Shown: positions 39,582-50,838 of the stretch, in pieces
Layout: each line of letters opens with the position of its first letter
Numbering within the stretch: the stretch's first letter is position 1
Assembly (NCBI GenBank): GCA_964291415.2
Contig: OZ219920.1
Span: forward strand, 160,001 to 224,000
Direction: 5' to 3'
Length of the DNA stretch: 64,000 nucleotides
Origin: Alphaproteobacteria bacterium
Lineage (GTDB): Bacteria; Pseudomonadota; Alphaproteobacteria; SP197
Position numbers and translations under genes: made by a program
The notes under the pieces: model-generated
Told to the model about the DNA's origin: nothing
Databases searched by the model: none
What the model saw: only the letters and a program-made list of their open reading frames with translations

Positions 39582-42289
39582 TGGCCGAGGCGTTCGAGGA
39601 TGATGGGAAGGTGAACGGCATCGGCCTTGTAGTTGCCGGTCAGCGCGTACATCGCCAGGTTGACACCGAAACGGAAAGCCATTTCGCGCTGGCGCTCGCC
39701 GCCTGGAACCGCCGGGTGGAGCGGTTGCAGCTGGTTGTTGAGAGCCCAGGCCCCCGCCCAGTCGTTGCTGCCGATGATGATGGATGAGACGCCATCATTC
39801 AGGCCCCCGGGGTGCTGTTCCACCCATGTCGCACCGCCTGTCCAGCGTCCGGGAAAGTCCTGCAGCAGATAGTATGACTGGGTGAGGACGTGACCGGGCG
39901 CCACCCGCATGAGCGCCGGGATGTTGAGTCCTCTCAGCATGTCGGGAAGCCGTGCCGCGTTGGGACCGACACCCGAGAGTCCGGCAAGGTTGCGGTCGGC
40001 ATCGCGCGTGTCGACCACGAGGATGCCGCCGGTGGCGAGGTAGGTATCGAGCCTGGCCCGGGCATCGGCCGAGGGCACCGGCTGCTCGATCGTGATGGGC
40101 CAGTAGATCAACGGGTGGAGGACAAGGTCGTCGGTCTCGAGGGAAAGGGCGACGGGCTGGCCGGGTTCGATGGAGGTGCGCGCCGTCAGAATCGCCCCCA
40201 GCCCGGAGAGTCCGGCCTTCGACGTCCGGTCAACCCCGGGGTCTCCCGTGCTGACGTAGCCGAAACGGACATCCAGAACGGCTTCCGGAACTCCGGCGGG
40301 GTCATCGTCGGCCATGGTCGCGGAGCCCGTGGCGGCGACCACCAGGAGGATGACAACCGCCGCCGACTGGCGGGCGAACGACGGAACGATCCCGCGCAGC
40401 AGCATGCTGGCAGCGATTTCGAGGAAGGCCACCAGGAGTACGAGGCCGAGAAGGAAGGGGCGCAGATCGATATCACCGGCCCCGACGAGGCCGGTCACGG
40501 TGACACTGTCGGGGAGTGTCAGGGTGTCGGGGGGTTCCAGGCGCGAACCCAGGTTCACGGCCCTGGCGAGATCGCTTGTTCCATAGATGCCGGGCGGATG
40601 GCGTGGTCCGGGAATGACATCCGCGATGTCCGTGGCGACGATGGCCGAAACGTGCGGCTCCGGCACGGCGGGACTGCCGAAGCCGTCGAGTGTCACGAGC
40701 GCGGGAAGCACGACGTCTTCGAGACCGGCGTTCGACCCCTCGGCAAGCAGGGCAAGGCGCCTGATCATGCCAGCGAAGAGACCGGACAGCGGCAGGTTCG
40801 TCCATTGCGTGTTGGCGGTGGTGTGGATCAGCACGATCCAGCCGTCGCCACGCCTGCCGGCGGTCACAAGCGGCGTGCCATCCTCCAGCCTCGCCCAGGT
40901 CTTCGACGAGAGTTCGGCCGTCGGTTCGGCAAGGACCTGGCGGTCGACCAGGACGTCCGGGGGTGCCTCCAGCCCGAAGAAGGGCGAGGTGGCGTCGAAC
41001 TCGGCAATTCGCTGGGGGCGGCTCCAGCTCATGACTCCGCCCAGAGCTCTCTGGCGAGCACGCAGGGCGACGGGCAGGAGATCGTCGCTTTCCCTGGAGA
41101 ACGCCGGGCCGGCAAATCGCACCAGGACGCCGCCCGCAGCGAGCCAGTCCTCAAGCAGGGGGCGCATGGTTGCGGCGACAGTGCCGATATCGGCCAGAAC
41201 CATCACGGCCGGTGGCCTGTCAAGCAGTCTGCCGAGCGTGTCCTGGCGGATGTCGGCGTCCTGTTCCAGGGCCCGCGCCAGGAAGTAGGTCGGCGACAGA
41301 AGCGAATGCTGCACCTCAATGTCGCCTCCGGCGACGAGGCCGACAGACGGACGCTTCCAGCGCTGATCCAGCAGCGCCACGGCCGCCGCGGTTGTCTCGT
41401 TCTCGACGGCAAGGCGGGAGATGCTGTTGCGCACCTCCAGTGGCAGCGCCAACGTCGTTCTGGCCATGCTTGACCCGGAAGCAAAGTCGAGCTTGAGACG
41501 GGCGACCAGGCGGCCTGCGGAATCCTCGGCGACCACCCAGACCGCCGTGTCCCCCAGCGAGTCGCTGCGCAGGGCCTCCACCACCAGTTCTCCATTCTCC
41601 ACGCCGGGTTCGGGCAGAAGGAGGGCGGGCCTTTCCGCCCCGGTCATCACCGTGAGATCGCCAAGTGCCTCGAGAGCGGCAAGCAGGCTGGCGTCTCCGG
41701 GGTCTGCGATATCGTCCGCCAGCCAGAAGACATGTCCGATGGACCCGAGACCGACCAGAGCCTCCGCCGCTCCCTGCCTGTCGGTTGGCCAGGGGTGGGG
41801 GATGAGTTCAAGAATCTGGCCGGCAGCGTCGTCCGGAGTCATCAGGCCCGAGTGCCGTAAGGGCGCGCCGTCCGCTGCGGGCGCCGTGGTCATCAGGACA
41901 ACCAGGCGGCCCTCGCGATCTGCCAGGTCGACGAGATCCTCGAGAGCGGCAAGCCTCGCCGGCCAGTTCCTTCCGGCAGCCCAGCCGTCGTCGACGACGA
42001 CGAGCATGTCGCCGCCGTCCAGGGACCGTCCACTCCAGGTGACGATCGGGTGGGCAACGGCGAGTATGAGCAGGGAGACCAGTGCCATCCTGAGCAGGAT
42101 CAGCCACAACGGCGTCGTTTCGGCCGTCCGGCGGTCGGTGTTGAGTCCGAAGAGGAAGCGAACGGTCGGCAGCGACACCCGTCGCGGCCGTGGCGGCACG
42201 GCCCTCAGCAACCACCACAGAAGCGGCAGCACGACAAGGGCGACGAGCGCCCAGGGAACGGCAAAGGCAAGCGGCCCGAGACTCGCCAT
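39578..42289 (-). CDS. BatA N-terminal / DUF4159 domain membrane protein
   Basis: N-terminal double TM with PP.PRRV.LP, VDDGW; C-terminal NDWAGAW...FRFGVN..MYALTGNYKAD. Confidence 0.88.
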   Translation of the reverse strand: MASLGPLAFAVPWALVALVVLPLLWWLLRAVPPRPRRVSLPTVRFLFGLNTDRRTAETTPLWLILLRMALVSLLILAVAHPIVTWSGRSLDGGDMLVVVDDGWAAGRNWPARLAALEDLVDLADREGRLVVLMTTAPAADGAPLRHSGLMTPDDAAGQILELIPHPWPTDRQGAAEALVGLGSIGHVFWLADDIADPGDASLLAALEALGDLTVMTGAERPALLLPEPGVENGELVVEALRSDSLGDTAVWVVAEDSAGRLVARLKLDFASGSSMARTTLALPLEVRNSISRLAVENETTAAAVALLDQRWKRPSVGLVAGGDIEVQHSLLSPTYFLARALEQDADIRQDTLGRLLDRPPAVMVLADIGTVAATMRPLLEDWLAAGGVLVRFAGPAFSRESDDLLPVALRARQRALGGVMSWSRPQRIAEFDATSPFFGLEAPPDVLVDRQVLAEPTAELSSKTWARLEDGTPLVTAGRRGDGWIVLIHTTANTQWTNLPLSGLFAGMIRRLALLAEGSNAGLEDVVLPALVTLDGFGSPAVPEPHVSAIVATDIADVIPGPRHPPGIYGTSDLARAVNLGSRLEPPDTLTLPDSVTVTGLVGAGDIDLRPFLLGLVLLVAFLEIAASMLLRGIVPSFARQSAAVVILLVVAATGSATMADDDPAGVPEAVLDVRFGYVSTGDPGVDRTSKAGLSGLGAILTARTSIEPGQPVALSLETDDLVLHPLIYWPITIEQPVPSADARARLDTYLATGGILVVDTRDADRNLAGLSGVGPNAARLPDMLRGLNIPALMRVAPGHVLTQSYYLLQDFPGRWTGGATWVEQHPGGLNDGVSSIIIGSNDWAGAWALNNQLQPLHPAVPGGERQREMAFRFGVNLAMYALTGNYKADAVHLPIILERLGQ

Positions 42290-42291
42290 GG

Positions 42292-43176
42292 TCAGGTCAC
42301 GTGGCCGCCCAGATCGATGTAGAGCGGCAGCAGGGCCGCATGGGGGGAGCCATCGGTCCGGTGAACCGTGGTACTCCAGCCGGCGCTGCGTGCCGCCAGG
42401 GCGATGGCTTCGGTGTGGGCCACGAGACGCTCCCGATAGTCGCTGCGCAACGCCTCGCTGCGGTGGGCCAGAATTGTTCCTTCCCGTTCGGTGCCGTCGA
42501 ACAGGACCCGCCCGGCATAGGGGAAGCTCTCCTCGGCCGGATCGACGATTCGCACAAGGTGACCGGCAACGCGCTGTCCGGCGAAGTGGCGGATCCTGTC
42601 TGCGACGGGTTCGACCGGTTCAAGAAAATCGCTGACGAGCACCAGCCGGGCATGGGAGGGCAGGGTTGCCGCCGGAGGCAGGCTGGGGGCGTCGTCGGCC
42701 TCGCCCCGTTGAAGGCGGGTCGCCATGCGGGTCAGTGCGGCGCTCCCCGTTCCTGGTCGTTTGTCAACGCCCAGCAGAGCGATGCTTTCGCCACCGCGGA
42801 CCAGGAGGACAGCAAGGGCCATGACAATGAGCCGTGCCCGTTCGTGCTTGCTGGCAAGCTCCGACGAGGATGCGAAGTGCATCGATGGTGACGTGTCGGC
42901 CCACAGCCACACGCTTTCAGCCGCCTCCCACTCGGTCTCCCTGACATAAAGCCGTGGCGACTTCGCCGATGCCCGCCAGTCGATCATGGCGGCGGCATCG
43001 CCCTGGGCATAGCGGCGAAACTGCCAGAACGTCTCGCCTGGACCGACGCGGCGCCGGCCGTGAACGCCCTGGGCGACCACGGCAGCCACCTGCCGCGCCT
43101 CGACCAGCAGCGGGGGCAGGTGCGCAACGAGCTGTTCGGCGCGCCGGCGAAATCCACTGACCGATTCGACGCTCAT
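42292..43176 (-). CDS. DUF58 domain protein
   Basis: GVHGRRRVGPGETFWQFRRY..GD...IDWRASAK, DTSPSM, SDFL. Confidence 0.92.
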   Translation of the reverse strand: MSVESVSGFRRRAEQLVAHLPPLLVEARQVAAVVAQGVHGRRRVGPGETFWQFRRYAQGDAAAMIDWRASAKSPRLYVRETEWEAAESVWLWADTSPSMHFASSSELASKHERARLIVMALAVLLVRGGESIALLGVDKRPGTGSAALTRMATRLQRGEADDAPSLPPAATLPSHARLVLVSDFLEPVEPVADRIRHFAGQRVAGHLVRIVDPAEESFPYAGRVLFDGTEREGTILAHRSEALRSDYRERLVAHTEAIALAARSAGWSTTVHRTDGSPHAALLPLYIDLGGHVT

Positions 43177-43192
43177 GGCGGGCCGATCGCGC

Positions 43193-44188
43193 TCAGCCGA
43201 GCGGCGCCTTGAGGCGGCCGATAACCTCGTCGAGCGTCACCCCGTCGGCCCGTGCCGCAAAGGTGAGCTGCATGCGATGGCGCAGCACCGGACCGGCCAG
43301 GTCCAGGACATCGTCGACCGAGGGCGCCAGGCGTTGCTCGAGCAGGGCCCGGGCCCTCACCGCCAGCATCAGGGACTGGCTGGCCCTGGGTCCCGGTCCC
43401 CAGAGAATGCCGGAACTCTCGTCGGATGCATCCGGGCGGCCCGAGCGCACGAGGTCGAGGATGGCCTCGACGACGCTTTCGCCCACCGGAATGCGGCGCA
43501 CCAGTCTCTGTGCCGCCATCAGCTCGGTGCTGTTCAGCACACCCGCCGGTTCCTCCTCGTCGAGGCCGGTGGTCACGACCAGCATCTCGCGTTCGGCGTC
43601 GCGACCGGGGTAGTCGATGTCGATTTCCATGAGGAAGCGGTCGAGCTGGGCCTCGGGAAGCGGATAGGTGCCCTCGAGCTCCAGGGGGTTCTGCGTGGCG
43701 AACACGTGGAAGGGTTGCGGCAGTTGGCGCCTGGTGCCGGCGACGGTCACGGCGTGTTCCTGCATCGCCTGGAGGAGTGCCGACTGGGTGCGCGGGCTGG
43801 CACGGTTGATCTCGTCGGCCATCAGGAAACTGCAGAACACGGGTCCGGGAATGAACCTGAATTCGCGCAGACCACTTTCCGATTCCTCAAGGACCTCGGA
43901 GCCGAGGATGTCGGCGGGCATGAGGTCCGGAGTGCACTGGACTCGCTTGGTATCGAGGCCGGTCACCGTGCCGATGGTCTCGACCAGCCGGGTCTTGCCG
44001 AGTCCGGGGACACCGATCAGCAATGCGTGTCCACCGGCGAGCAGTGTGATGAGAAACTGGTCGATCACTGTGTCCTGACCAAAGATGACACGGCCGATCG
44101 CCGCCCGCACGTCGGCCAGCCGGGCCCCCGTGCGGTCGATTTCGGTGGCAAGGTCCCTTGCCTCGCTGGTGCAGGGTTCGTGGTTCAC
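43193..44188 (-). CDS. moxR: MoxR family AAA+ ATPase
   Basis: GVPGLGKT, TPDLMPADI, ADEINRA, ATQNPLE, LPEAQLDRF. Confidence 0.95.
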   Translation of the reverse strand: MNHEPCTSEARDLATEIDRTGARLADVRAAIGRVIFGQDTVIDQFLITLLAGGHALLIGVPGLGKTRLVETIGTVTGLDTKRVQCTPDLMPADILGSEVLEESESGLREFRFIPGPVFCSFLMADEINRASPRTQSALLQAMQEHAVTVAGTRRQLPQPFHVFATQNPLELEGTYPLPEAQLDRFLMEIDIDYPGRDAEREMLVVTTGLDEEEPAGVLNSTELMAAQRLVRRIPVGESVVEAILDLVRSGRPDASDESSGILWGPGPRASQSLMLAVRARALLEQRLAPSVDDVLDLAGPVLRHRMQLTFAARADGVTLDEVIGRLKAPLG

Positions 44189-44226
44189 GGCACTGTCTCT
44201 CCCCGGGAAAGGTATGGTGGTCTAGA

Positions 44227-44820
44227 ATGGCGACATTGAATCAGGGTGCAATCCCGAGGACTCCCGATATGCCCCCAGAACGGATCCGCGATGACGCTGC
44301 CGCCGCCGACGGCGACCCTGTCCGGCAGCTCCTGACCGGGGACATCGATATCAGGATTGCCCGCGACGGTACCTGGTATCACGAAGGCCGGCCCATTCGC
44401 AGAATGGCTCTGGTGAAGCTGTTTGCCGGTATCCTGCGATGTGAAGATGATGGTGAATACTACCTGAAGACTCCGCTGGAGAAGCGCCGCATACGCGTGG
44501 ATGATGCACCATTCGTCGCGGTCGAGTCGACCATTGAGGGCGAAGGTCCACAGAGCAGGGTGCACTTTCGCACCAATGTCGATGATCACGTCACGGCGGA
44601 CGCCGTTCACCCGGTACGGGTCGTGATGGACCCTGGAACGGGAGAGCCGTCACCCTACGTGCTCGTTCGCGACAGACTCGAGGCCCTGATCGCGCGTCCG
44701 GTCTACTATGACCTCGTGAACAGGGGCCGGATCGCGTGGCAGGATGGCCGCGAGGTTCTGGGGATCGATTCATGCGGCTGCTTCTTTGTCCTGGGCGAAA
44801 CGTCCGATGACGCCGGTTGA
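44227..44820 (+). CDS. DUF1285 domain protein
   Basis: IDIRIARDGTWYHEG.PI.R..LVKLF, VDDAPF, PYVLVR..LEA. Start at 44227 or 44269. Confidence 0.88.
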   Translation: MATLNQGAIPRTPDMPPERIRDDAAAADGDPVRQLLTGDIDIRIARDGTWYHEGRPIRRMALVKLFAGILRCEDDGEYYLKTPLEKRRIRVDDAPFVAVESTIEGEGPQSRVHFRTNVDDHVTADAVHPVRVVMDPGTGEPSPYVLVRDRLEALIARPVYYDLVNRGRIAWQDGREVLGIDSCGCFFVLGETSDDAG

Positions 44821-45394
44821 GGTGCTCAGCGCCTTCCGCAGGATGCCGCAGGCACAGATCGAGCCACCGCAACCGGCCTGGGCCGAGGGTCCGGTGCGGC
44901 GGGCAGCTGCCGTTCTCATTCCCCTGGTCGATCGCCAGGAAGACTCCATGACCGTGATCTTCGGCCAACGCTCGCAGACGCTTGCCCACCATGCAGGCGA
45001 AGTCAGCTTTCCCGGCGGCCGCATCGAAGCTGGCGAGGACGAGGCCACCGCCGCCCTGCGCGAAGCCAGGGAGGAGATCGGACTCGAGTCCTCCAGGGTG
45101 CGCGTGGTCTGTCGACTCGACACGCAACGAGCCGGTTCGGGCTATTCCATCGCACCCCTTGTCGGTCTCGTCGCACCCCCCGTCGCCCTGCAGCCTGATG
45201 GCATCGAGATCGTCGACGCCTTCGAGGTGCCGCTGGGGTTCCTGCTTGACCCCGGGAACCATCGTCGGGCGAGCATGGTGTGGCGTGGCGAGAGGCGCTG
45301 GTACAGTCTCTTCGAGTACGGTTCGCGAACCATCTGGGGTGCGACAGCAACGATCGTGGTCAATCTCGTCGAGGTGCTGCGGGGTGAAAGATAA
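44807..45394 (+). CDS. CoA pyrophosphatase (Nudix, NudL/YeaB-like)
   Basis: AAVLIPL, HAGEVSFPGG, ALREAREEIG, IWGATA. Confidence 0.9.
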   Translation: MTPVEVLSAFRRMPQAQIEPPQPAWAEGPVRRAAAVLIPLVDRQEDSMTVIFGQRSQTLAHHAGEVSFPGGRIEAGEDEATAALREAREEIGLESSRVRVVCRLDTQRAGSGYSIAPLVGLVAPPVALQPDGIEIVDAFEVPLGFLLDPGNHRRASMVWRGERRWYSLFEYGSRTIWGATATIVVNLVEVLRGER

Positions 45395-45666
45395 TGCGCT
45401 ACCTGTTGCCGGTCATCCTGATTGCGGTCCCCCTCATCTCCTACATCGTCTGGTACCGCCTGGCGCGCGAAAAGGCGCGGCGCCTCGAGGAGGGTACGCT
45501 GCCTGGCTGGCGCGAAGCGCCCTGGGGGCTCATCTTCCTTGGAACGCTGGCCCTCGTGATCATCACGCTCGCGGTCTTCGGGTTTGTCGGTCCCGATCCG
45601 TCCGGGGACTATGTACCGGCGCGCCTCGAGGACGGCGTGGTGGTTCCAGGCTATGTCACCGACTGA
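45394..45666 (+). CDS. Small membrane protein (DUF6111-like)
   Basis: Two TM segments, C-terminal YVPARLEDG.VVPG; lies between the Nudix and CCA genes. Confidence 0.78.
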   Translation: MRYLLPVILIAVPLISYIVWYRLAREKARRLEEGTLPGWREAPWGLIFLGTLALVIITLAVFGFVGPDPSGDYVPARLEDGVVVPGYVTD

Positions 45667-45711
45667 CCCAGGGCGCGCGACCAGATCCATGCTGGCAACG
45701 GTTCATGAGCC

Positions 45712-46941
45712 ATGTCGGACACCGACCGTCCCGTAGACTCCATCGATGCCGCGCCACTCCTGGCAAGGCCCGGTGTGACGAGCGTGGTGGAGGCACTGGC
45801 CTCGAGGGGCAGGGATGTGCGTTTCGTCGGCGGATGCGTGCGGGACCTGGTGGCGGACCGCGAAATCGCCGATGTCGATGTCGCCACGCCGGATCCTCCC
45901 GAAGGCGTGACAGGTCTGCTGGAGGACCGCGGGATCAAGGTGGTGCCTACGGGCTTCTCCCACGGCACGGTGACAGCGGTGGTCCTGGGCAGGGGGATCG
46001 AGGTCACCACGCTGAGGGTGGACGTGGCAACCGATGGCCGCCACGCCGAAGTGGCCTTTACCAGCGACTGGCAGGCCGATGCGGCACGTCGCGACTTCAC
46101 CATCAACGCAATGAGCCTCAGACCGTCGGGCGAGCTGTTCGACTACTTCGGCGGGCGCCAGGACCTCGCCGACGGACGTGTCAGATTCGTTGGCGACGCC
46201 GCAGAGCGCATCACCGAGGACAGGTTGCGCGTGTTGCGCTATTTCCGCTTTCTGGCCCATTACGGCCACGGGACACCGGACCCGCAGGCCCTGGCGGCCT
46301 GTGCTTCGGCCAGAGCATCCCTGGGGTGCCTGGCGGCCGAACGCATCCAGTCAGAGCTCTTCAGGCTTCTGGGCGCGCCACATCCCCTGCCGGCACTCGA
46401 TCTCATGGTCTCGAGCGGTGTGCTGGAGCACCTGCTGCCGGAAGCGGGCGACCTGACGACCCTCGGCGCGCTCGCCGGCATCGATGATCGCGATCCCGTC
46501 CGTCGGCTTGCCGTCCTGACCCCGGCGGCCGGCGAAGCCGTGGCCCAGAGACTGCGCTGTTCGAAGGCCGTTCGCCGGCGCCTTGCCCGACTGGCGCCGC
46601 CGACGCTGGCGCTGGATCCGGACTGGACTGTTCCGAAACAGCGCCAGGCGCTCTACGACCTCGGGACGGACACCTTCCGCGATCTCGTTCTCCTTGCCTG
46701 GGCGGCGGACCGCTCCTGGAGGGCGTCGCGCTGGAGAGAGATGCTTGATACGGCGGTTCGCTGGGAGAACCCGCGCTTTCCGTTGCGCGGCCGGGACGTG
46801 CTCGCAGCCGGCATCCGCCCAGGGCCCGAGGTGAAGGCTGTCCTCAGGGACATCGAGGCATGGTGGCGCCGGAAGGACTTCAGGCCGGATCGCACATCCT
46901 GCCTCGAAAGACTGACCGCAACGACGGGTGGGACGACGTGA
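45712..46941 (+). CDS. cca: CCA tRNA nucleotidyltransferase / poly(A) polymerase family
   Basis: FVGGCVRD, DVD, EVTTLR, DAARRDFTINA, EDRLRVLRYFRF. Confidence 0.92.
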   Translation: MSDTDRPVDSIDAAPLLARPGVTSVVEALASRGRDVRFVGGCVRDLVADREIADVDVATPDPPEGVTGLLEDRGIKVVPTGFSHGTVTAVVLGRGIEVTTLRVDVATDGRHAEVAFTSDWQADAARRDFTINAMSLRPSGELFDYFGGRQDLADGRVRFVGDAAERITEDRLRVLRYFRFLAHYGHGTPDPQALAACASARASLGCLAAERIQSELFRLLGAPHPLPALDLMVSSGVLEHLLPEAGDLTTLGALAGIDDRDPVRRLAVLTPAAGEAVAQRLRCSKAVRRRLARLAPPTLALDPDWTVPKQRQALYDLGTDTFRDLVLLAWAADRSWRASRWREMLDTAVRWENPRFPLRGRDVLAAGIRPGPEVKAVLRDIEAWWRRKDFRPDRTSCLERLTATTGGTT

Positions 46942-47396
46942 AGGCTGCCGGAAGGTTTGCTTTGGCGTCCATCCTGCTGGCGACGTCCGCCATGGCGACG
47001 GACTCGCACATCATCGGCATTGAAGATCACTGGGTCGCGGAACCACCCCCTGGCGTGCCCGTCGCTGCCGCCTATGGCGTCATCACCTGCCATTGCGACA
47101 TGACCGATCGCCTGGTCTCCGTGGTCGTCGGCGGAGCGGAGGTGAGCGAACTTCACGCCACCACGTCAGGAGACGACGGTATCGTCGCCATGCGCCCGCT
47201 CGACGAAGGTATCGCCATCGATCCCGGGATCCCGCTCGTTCTTGAACCGGGCGGCCTTCACATCATGATCATGGGGCTTGAAGAGAGGCCGCTGGCCGGC
47301 GAGGTGATTCCCGTGTCCCTGGTGTTCGAGAGGGCGGGAGCGGTGGATGTCGTCTTCCCGGTGGCGGCACGGTCGGCCGACGGCACGCAACAATGA
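46938..47396 (+). CDS. Periplasmic copper chaperone PCu(A)C
   Basis: Signal peptide; ELH...M...PGGLHIM copper motif; GTGA overlap with cca. Confidence 0.9.
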   Translation: MKAAGRFALASILLATSAMATDSHIIGIEDHWVAEPPPGVPVAAAYGVITCHCDMTDRLVSVVVGGAEVSELHATTSGDDGIVAMRPLDEGIAIDPGIPLVLEPGGLHIMIMGLEERPLAGEVIPVSLVFERAGAVDVVFPVAARSADGTQQ

Positions 47397-47983
47397 GGAT
47401 GCGGCACCTGGTCCAGGGCCTCCTGGCCGGTCTTCTTGTCGTGGCGACGGTGATCGGCGCCATGGAACTCCACCGGCGTCAGGTGGAGGAGGTTGAAGTC
47501 GTGATCGGCGGGCCGTTCTCCATGATGGCGCATGACGGCACCCGGGTGACCCACGACGATCTTGCCGGTCGCCGGTCCCTGGTGTTCTTCGGTTTCACCT
47601 ACTGCCCGGATATCTGCCCGACCACCCTTGTCCAGGTCGCGGCATGGCTTGATGCCATGGAAGACGAGGGGGACCTGATCGACGCCTACTTCGTCACCGT
47701 CGATCCGGAACGGGACACCCAGGAGCGCATGGCGGAGTACGTCACCTATTTTTCCGACCGCATCACCGGACTCGTCGGCACCGCCGACGAACTCCGGCGA
47801 ATGGCGGACTCCTACCGGCTTTACTATGCCCGCATCGACCTCGACGACGGCACCTACACGATGGATCACACGGCCGCCATCTACCTCATGGACGGCGAGG
47901 GCAGGTTCTTCGATGCCATCACCATGACGGCATCGTTCGACGAGGCCGTGGCGAAGCTCACCCGGCTCGTCGAGGACGGATGA
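47393..47983 (+). CDS. SCO1/SenC family copper chaperone
   Basis: FGFTYCPDICP, TVDPERD, MDHT. Confidence 0.93.
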   Translation: MRMRHLVQGLLAGLLVVATVIGAMELHRRQVEEVEVVIGGPFSMMAHDGTRVTHDDLAGRRSLVFFGFTYCPDICPTTLVQVAAWLDAMEDEGDLIDAYFVTVDPERDTQERMAEYVTYFSDRITGLVGTADELRRMADSYRLYYARIDLDDGTYTMDHTAAIYLMDGEGRFFDAITMTASFDEAVAKLTRLVEDG

Positions 47984-48026
47984 CCTGCCTGCGACGGAGA
48001 CATCGGCGGCCTTGGTCGAGGAGCGG

Positions 48027-48896
48027 TCAGGGCCAGGTTGCCACCGGTGGCAGGGACATCAGGACGGCTTCGGGATTCGCTCCGGTCATCAGTCCGAAGC
48101 GGGTGCCGCGGTCGTAGACGAGATTGAACTCCGCATAGCGGCCCCGCCACTGAAGCTGGCGCGAGCGTTCCGCGTCTGTCCAGGTCTCGTGCATGCGCCG
48201 GTGAACGAGGCGCGGATAGATGGCAAGGAACGTCTCCCCGACATCACGGGTGAAGGCCATTGACTCCTCGTCGGCGCGGAGGTCGTCGTAGAAGATGCCG
48301 CCGACGCCGCGCTTGAGGCCGCGGTGCGGAATGGTGAAGTAGTCATCGGCCCAGCGGCTGAAGGCAGCGTAGTCGGCGCACGGGTGCCGACCGCAGCATT
48401 GGGCGAGGGCGGCGTGAAAGTCCTTCGTGTCCTCGTCGCGCGGCAGGGGCGGGTTGAGATCGGTGCCCCCGCCGAACCATGCCTTGCCCGCGGTGGTGAT
48501 GTGGCGCGTGTTCATGTGAACGCCCGGCACGTGCGGCGAGCGCATGTGGGCGACAAGCGAGATGCCGGTTGCCCAGAAGCCGGCGTTGTCCGGTGTGGTG
48601 CCCGGGATTTCGCCGGCAAACTTCCGGTCGAAGTCGCCCCACACGGTGGAGATGTTGACCCCCACCTTCTCGAACACCCTGCCGCGCATGATCGCCATGA
48701 CTCCGCCACCGCCGCCGGCCCTCGTCCATTGACGGCGTTCAAATCGACCCGGGGGGCAATCGTGTCCCGGCCCGCCATCGGCATCCTCGATGGATTCGAA
48801 GACGGCGACGATGCGGTCGCGCAGGTTGCCGAACCAGTGGCATGCGGCGTCTCGTCGCTGTTGTGACCCGGCGAGGTCCGGCCGGTCTGTCGTCAT
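48027..48896 (-). CDS. hemF: Oxygen-dependent coproporphyrinogen III oxidase
   Basis: [44 protein letters not shown]. Confidence 0.96.
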   Translation of the reverse strand: MTTDRPDLAGSQQRRDAACHWFGNLRDRIVAVFESIEDADGGPGHDCPPGRFERRQWTRAGGGGGVMAIMRGRVFEKVGVNISTVWGDFDRKFAGEIPGTTPDNAGFWATGISLVAHMRSPHVPGVHMNTRHITTAGKAWFGGGTDLNPPLPRDEDTKDFHAALAQCCGRHPCADYAAFSRWADDYFTIPHRGLKRGVGGIFYDDLRADEESMAFTRDVGETFLAIYPRLVHRRMHETWTDAERSRQLQWRGRYAEFNLVYDRGTRFGLMTGANPEAVLMSLPPVATWP

Positions 48897-49056
48897 GGGA
48901 GGCCAATCCGGGCGGCTGTCCCCGGCAGTCATGTCGCAGACCGTCAATGTCCGCAAGCCCCTTCCACATTCACTGCCTTGCGTGGCCATGGCGGGCGGTA
49001 TATTCATGGCCCGCCCGGAAGGGTCGCCGGAACAGGACTTAGGGGATTTCTTGATC

Positions 49057-49581
49057 ATGGCGGAGCACGCTCCCGACGCGCAGGAGGTGGACCGGCGCGA
49101 TTTTCTCAGTGTGGCGACCATCGGCGTGACGGCTGTCGGCGCCGGTTTCGCCGCGTGGCCGTTCATCGCGCAGTGGAACCCGGCTGCTGATGTTCTGGCG
49201 CTTGCCACCATCGAGGTCGACCTGGCGCCGGTGGCCGAGGGCCAGCAGATCACGGTGAACTGGCGGGGCAAACCGGTGTTCATCCGTCATCGCACGGCAG
49301 ACGAGATCGCCGCTGCGCGCGATGTCGACATGGACGATCTCAAGGATCCGCAACCTGACAGCGAACGGGCCCTTCGCCCGGAGTGGCTCATCATGGTCGG
49401 GGTGTGTACCCACCTCGGGTGCGTTCCCCTGGGAAACCAGGGTGAATACCACGGCTGGTTCTGCCCCTGTCACGGCTCCCACTACGATACCTCGGGTCGC
49501 ATCAGGAAGGGACCGGCGCCGGAGAACCTCGGAATTCCGGACTACGTCTTCACCGATGACACGACCGTTGTCATCGGCTGA
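49057..49581 (+). CDS. petA: Ubiquinol-cytochrome c reductase Rieske subunit
   Basis: Tat motif RRDFL, CTHLGC, CPCHGS. Confidence 0.97.
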   Translation: MAEHAPDAQEVDRRDFLSVATIGVTAVGAGFAAWPFIAQWNPAADVLALATIEVDLAPVAEGQQITVNWRGKPVFIRHRTADEIAAARDVDMDDLKDPQPDSERALRPEWLIMVGVCTHLGCVPLGNQGEYHGWFCPCHGSHYDTSGRIRKGPAPENLGIPDYVFTDDTTVVIG

Positions 49582-49596
49582 CCGGGGCACGTGACC

Positions 49597-50838
49597 ATGG
49601 CTGATTTCATGAACAACGGTTTCGTGCGCTGGTTCGACCGCCGCCTGCCGATCCTGAGCTGGACCAACCACCATCTCATCGACTACCCGGCGCCGCGCAA
49701 TCTCAACTACATGTGGAATTTCGGGTCACTGGCCGGAATCGCGCTGGTGATCCAGATCGTCACCGGCATCGTGCTGGCGATGCACTACGCGCCGCATGCC
49801 GACATGGCCTTCGACAGTGTCGAGAGGATCATGCGCGACGTCGAATACGGCTGGTTGATGCGCTACGCCCACGCCAATGGCGCCTCGTTCTTCTTCATCG
49901 TCGTCTATCTCCATGTCTTCAGGGGGCTCTACTACGGCTCCTACAAGGCTCCGCGGGAGGTCCTGTGGTGGATCGGCCTGGTGATTCTCCTGACCATGAT
50001 GGCCACCGCCTTCATGGGGTACGTGTTGCCCTGGGGGCAGATGAGCTTCTGGGCGGCGACCGTGATCACCAACCTGCTGTCGGCCCTTCCGGTCGTCGGC
50101 GAACCCCTTGTCGAATGGGTGTGGGGCGGCTTTTCGGTGGACAACCCGACACTCGTGCGCTTCTACGCCCTTCACTTCCTGTTGCCGTTCGTCATCGTCG
50201 GTCTGGTGGGTCTCCACCTGTGGGCGCTGCATCACACCAAGTCCGGCAACCCCCTCGGCATCGACACCACCGGACCGCAGGACTCCGTCCGCTTCCATCC
50301 CTACTACACGATCAAGGACGCCTTCGGCGCCGGGGTGTTCCTGCTCGTCTTCGCTGTCTTCCTGTTCTACGCCCCGAACTACCTCGGGCACCCGGACAAC
50401 TACATTCCGGCCGATCCCCTCAAGACACCGGCGCACATCGTTCCGGAATGGTACTTCCTGCCGTTCTACGCGATCCTGCGCGCCATTCCCTCGAAGCTGG
50501 GCGGCGCCGTTGCCATGGCGCTGTCGATCGGCATCCTGTTCCTCCTGCCCTGGCTTGACACCTCCAGGGTGCGCTCGGCGGCTTTCCGTCCCGTGTTCAG
50601 GTGGTTCTTCTGGATCCTGGTCATCGACATCGTCGTGCTGGGCTTCGTCGGCGCCAATCCGCCTGAAGGGGCGTGGATCGTGATCGGCCAGATCGCGACT
50701 GCCTGGTACTTCCTCCATTTCCTGATCCTGTTGCCCCTGATCGGCTGGTTCGAGAGACCCCGTCCGTTGCCCGCCAGCATTGCCACGGCGGTCCTCGAAG
50801 GGAGCGGATCGGCATCCGCGGGGCGGGGAGCGAGATGA
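49597..50838 (+). CDS. petB: Cytochrome b
   Basis: [31 protein letters not shown]. Confidence 0.97.
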   Translation: MADFMNNGFVRWFDRRLPILSWTNHHLIDYPAPRNLNYMWNFGSLAGIALVIQIVTGIVLAMHYAPHADMAFDSVERIMRDVEYGWLMRYAHANGASFFFIVVYLHVFRGLYYGSYKAPREVLWWIGLVILLTMMATAFMGYVLPWGQMSFWAATVITNLLSALPVVGEPLVEWVWGGFSVDNPTLVRFYALHFLLPFVIVGLVGLHLWALHHTKSGNPLGIDTTGPQDSVRFHPYYTIKDAFGAGVFLLVFAVFLFYAPNYLGHPDNYIPADPLKTPAHIVPEWYFLPFYAILRAIPSKLGGAVAMALSIGILFLLPWLDTSRVRSAAFRPVFRWFFWILVIDIVVLGFVGANPPEGAWIVIGQIATAWYFLHFLILLPLIGWFERPRPLPASIATAVLEGSGSASAGRGAR

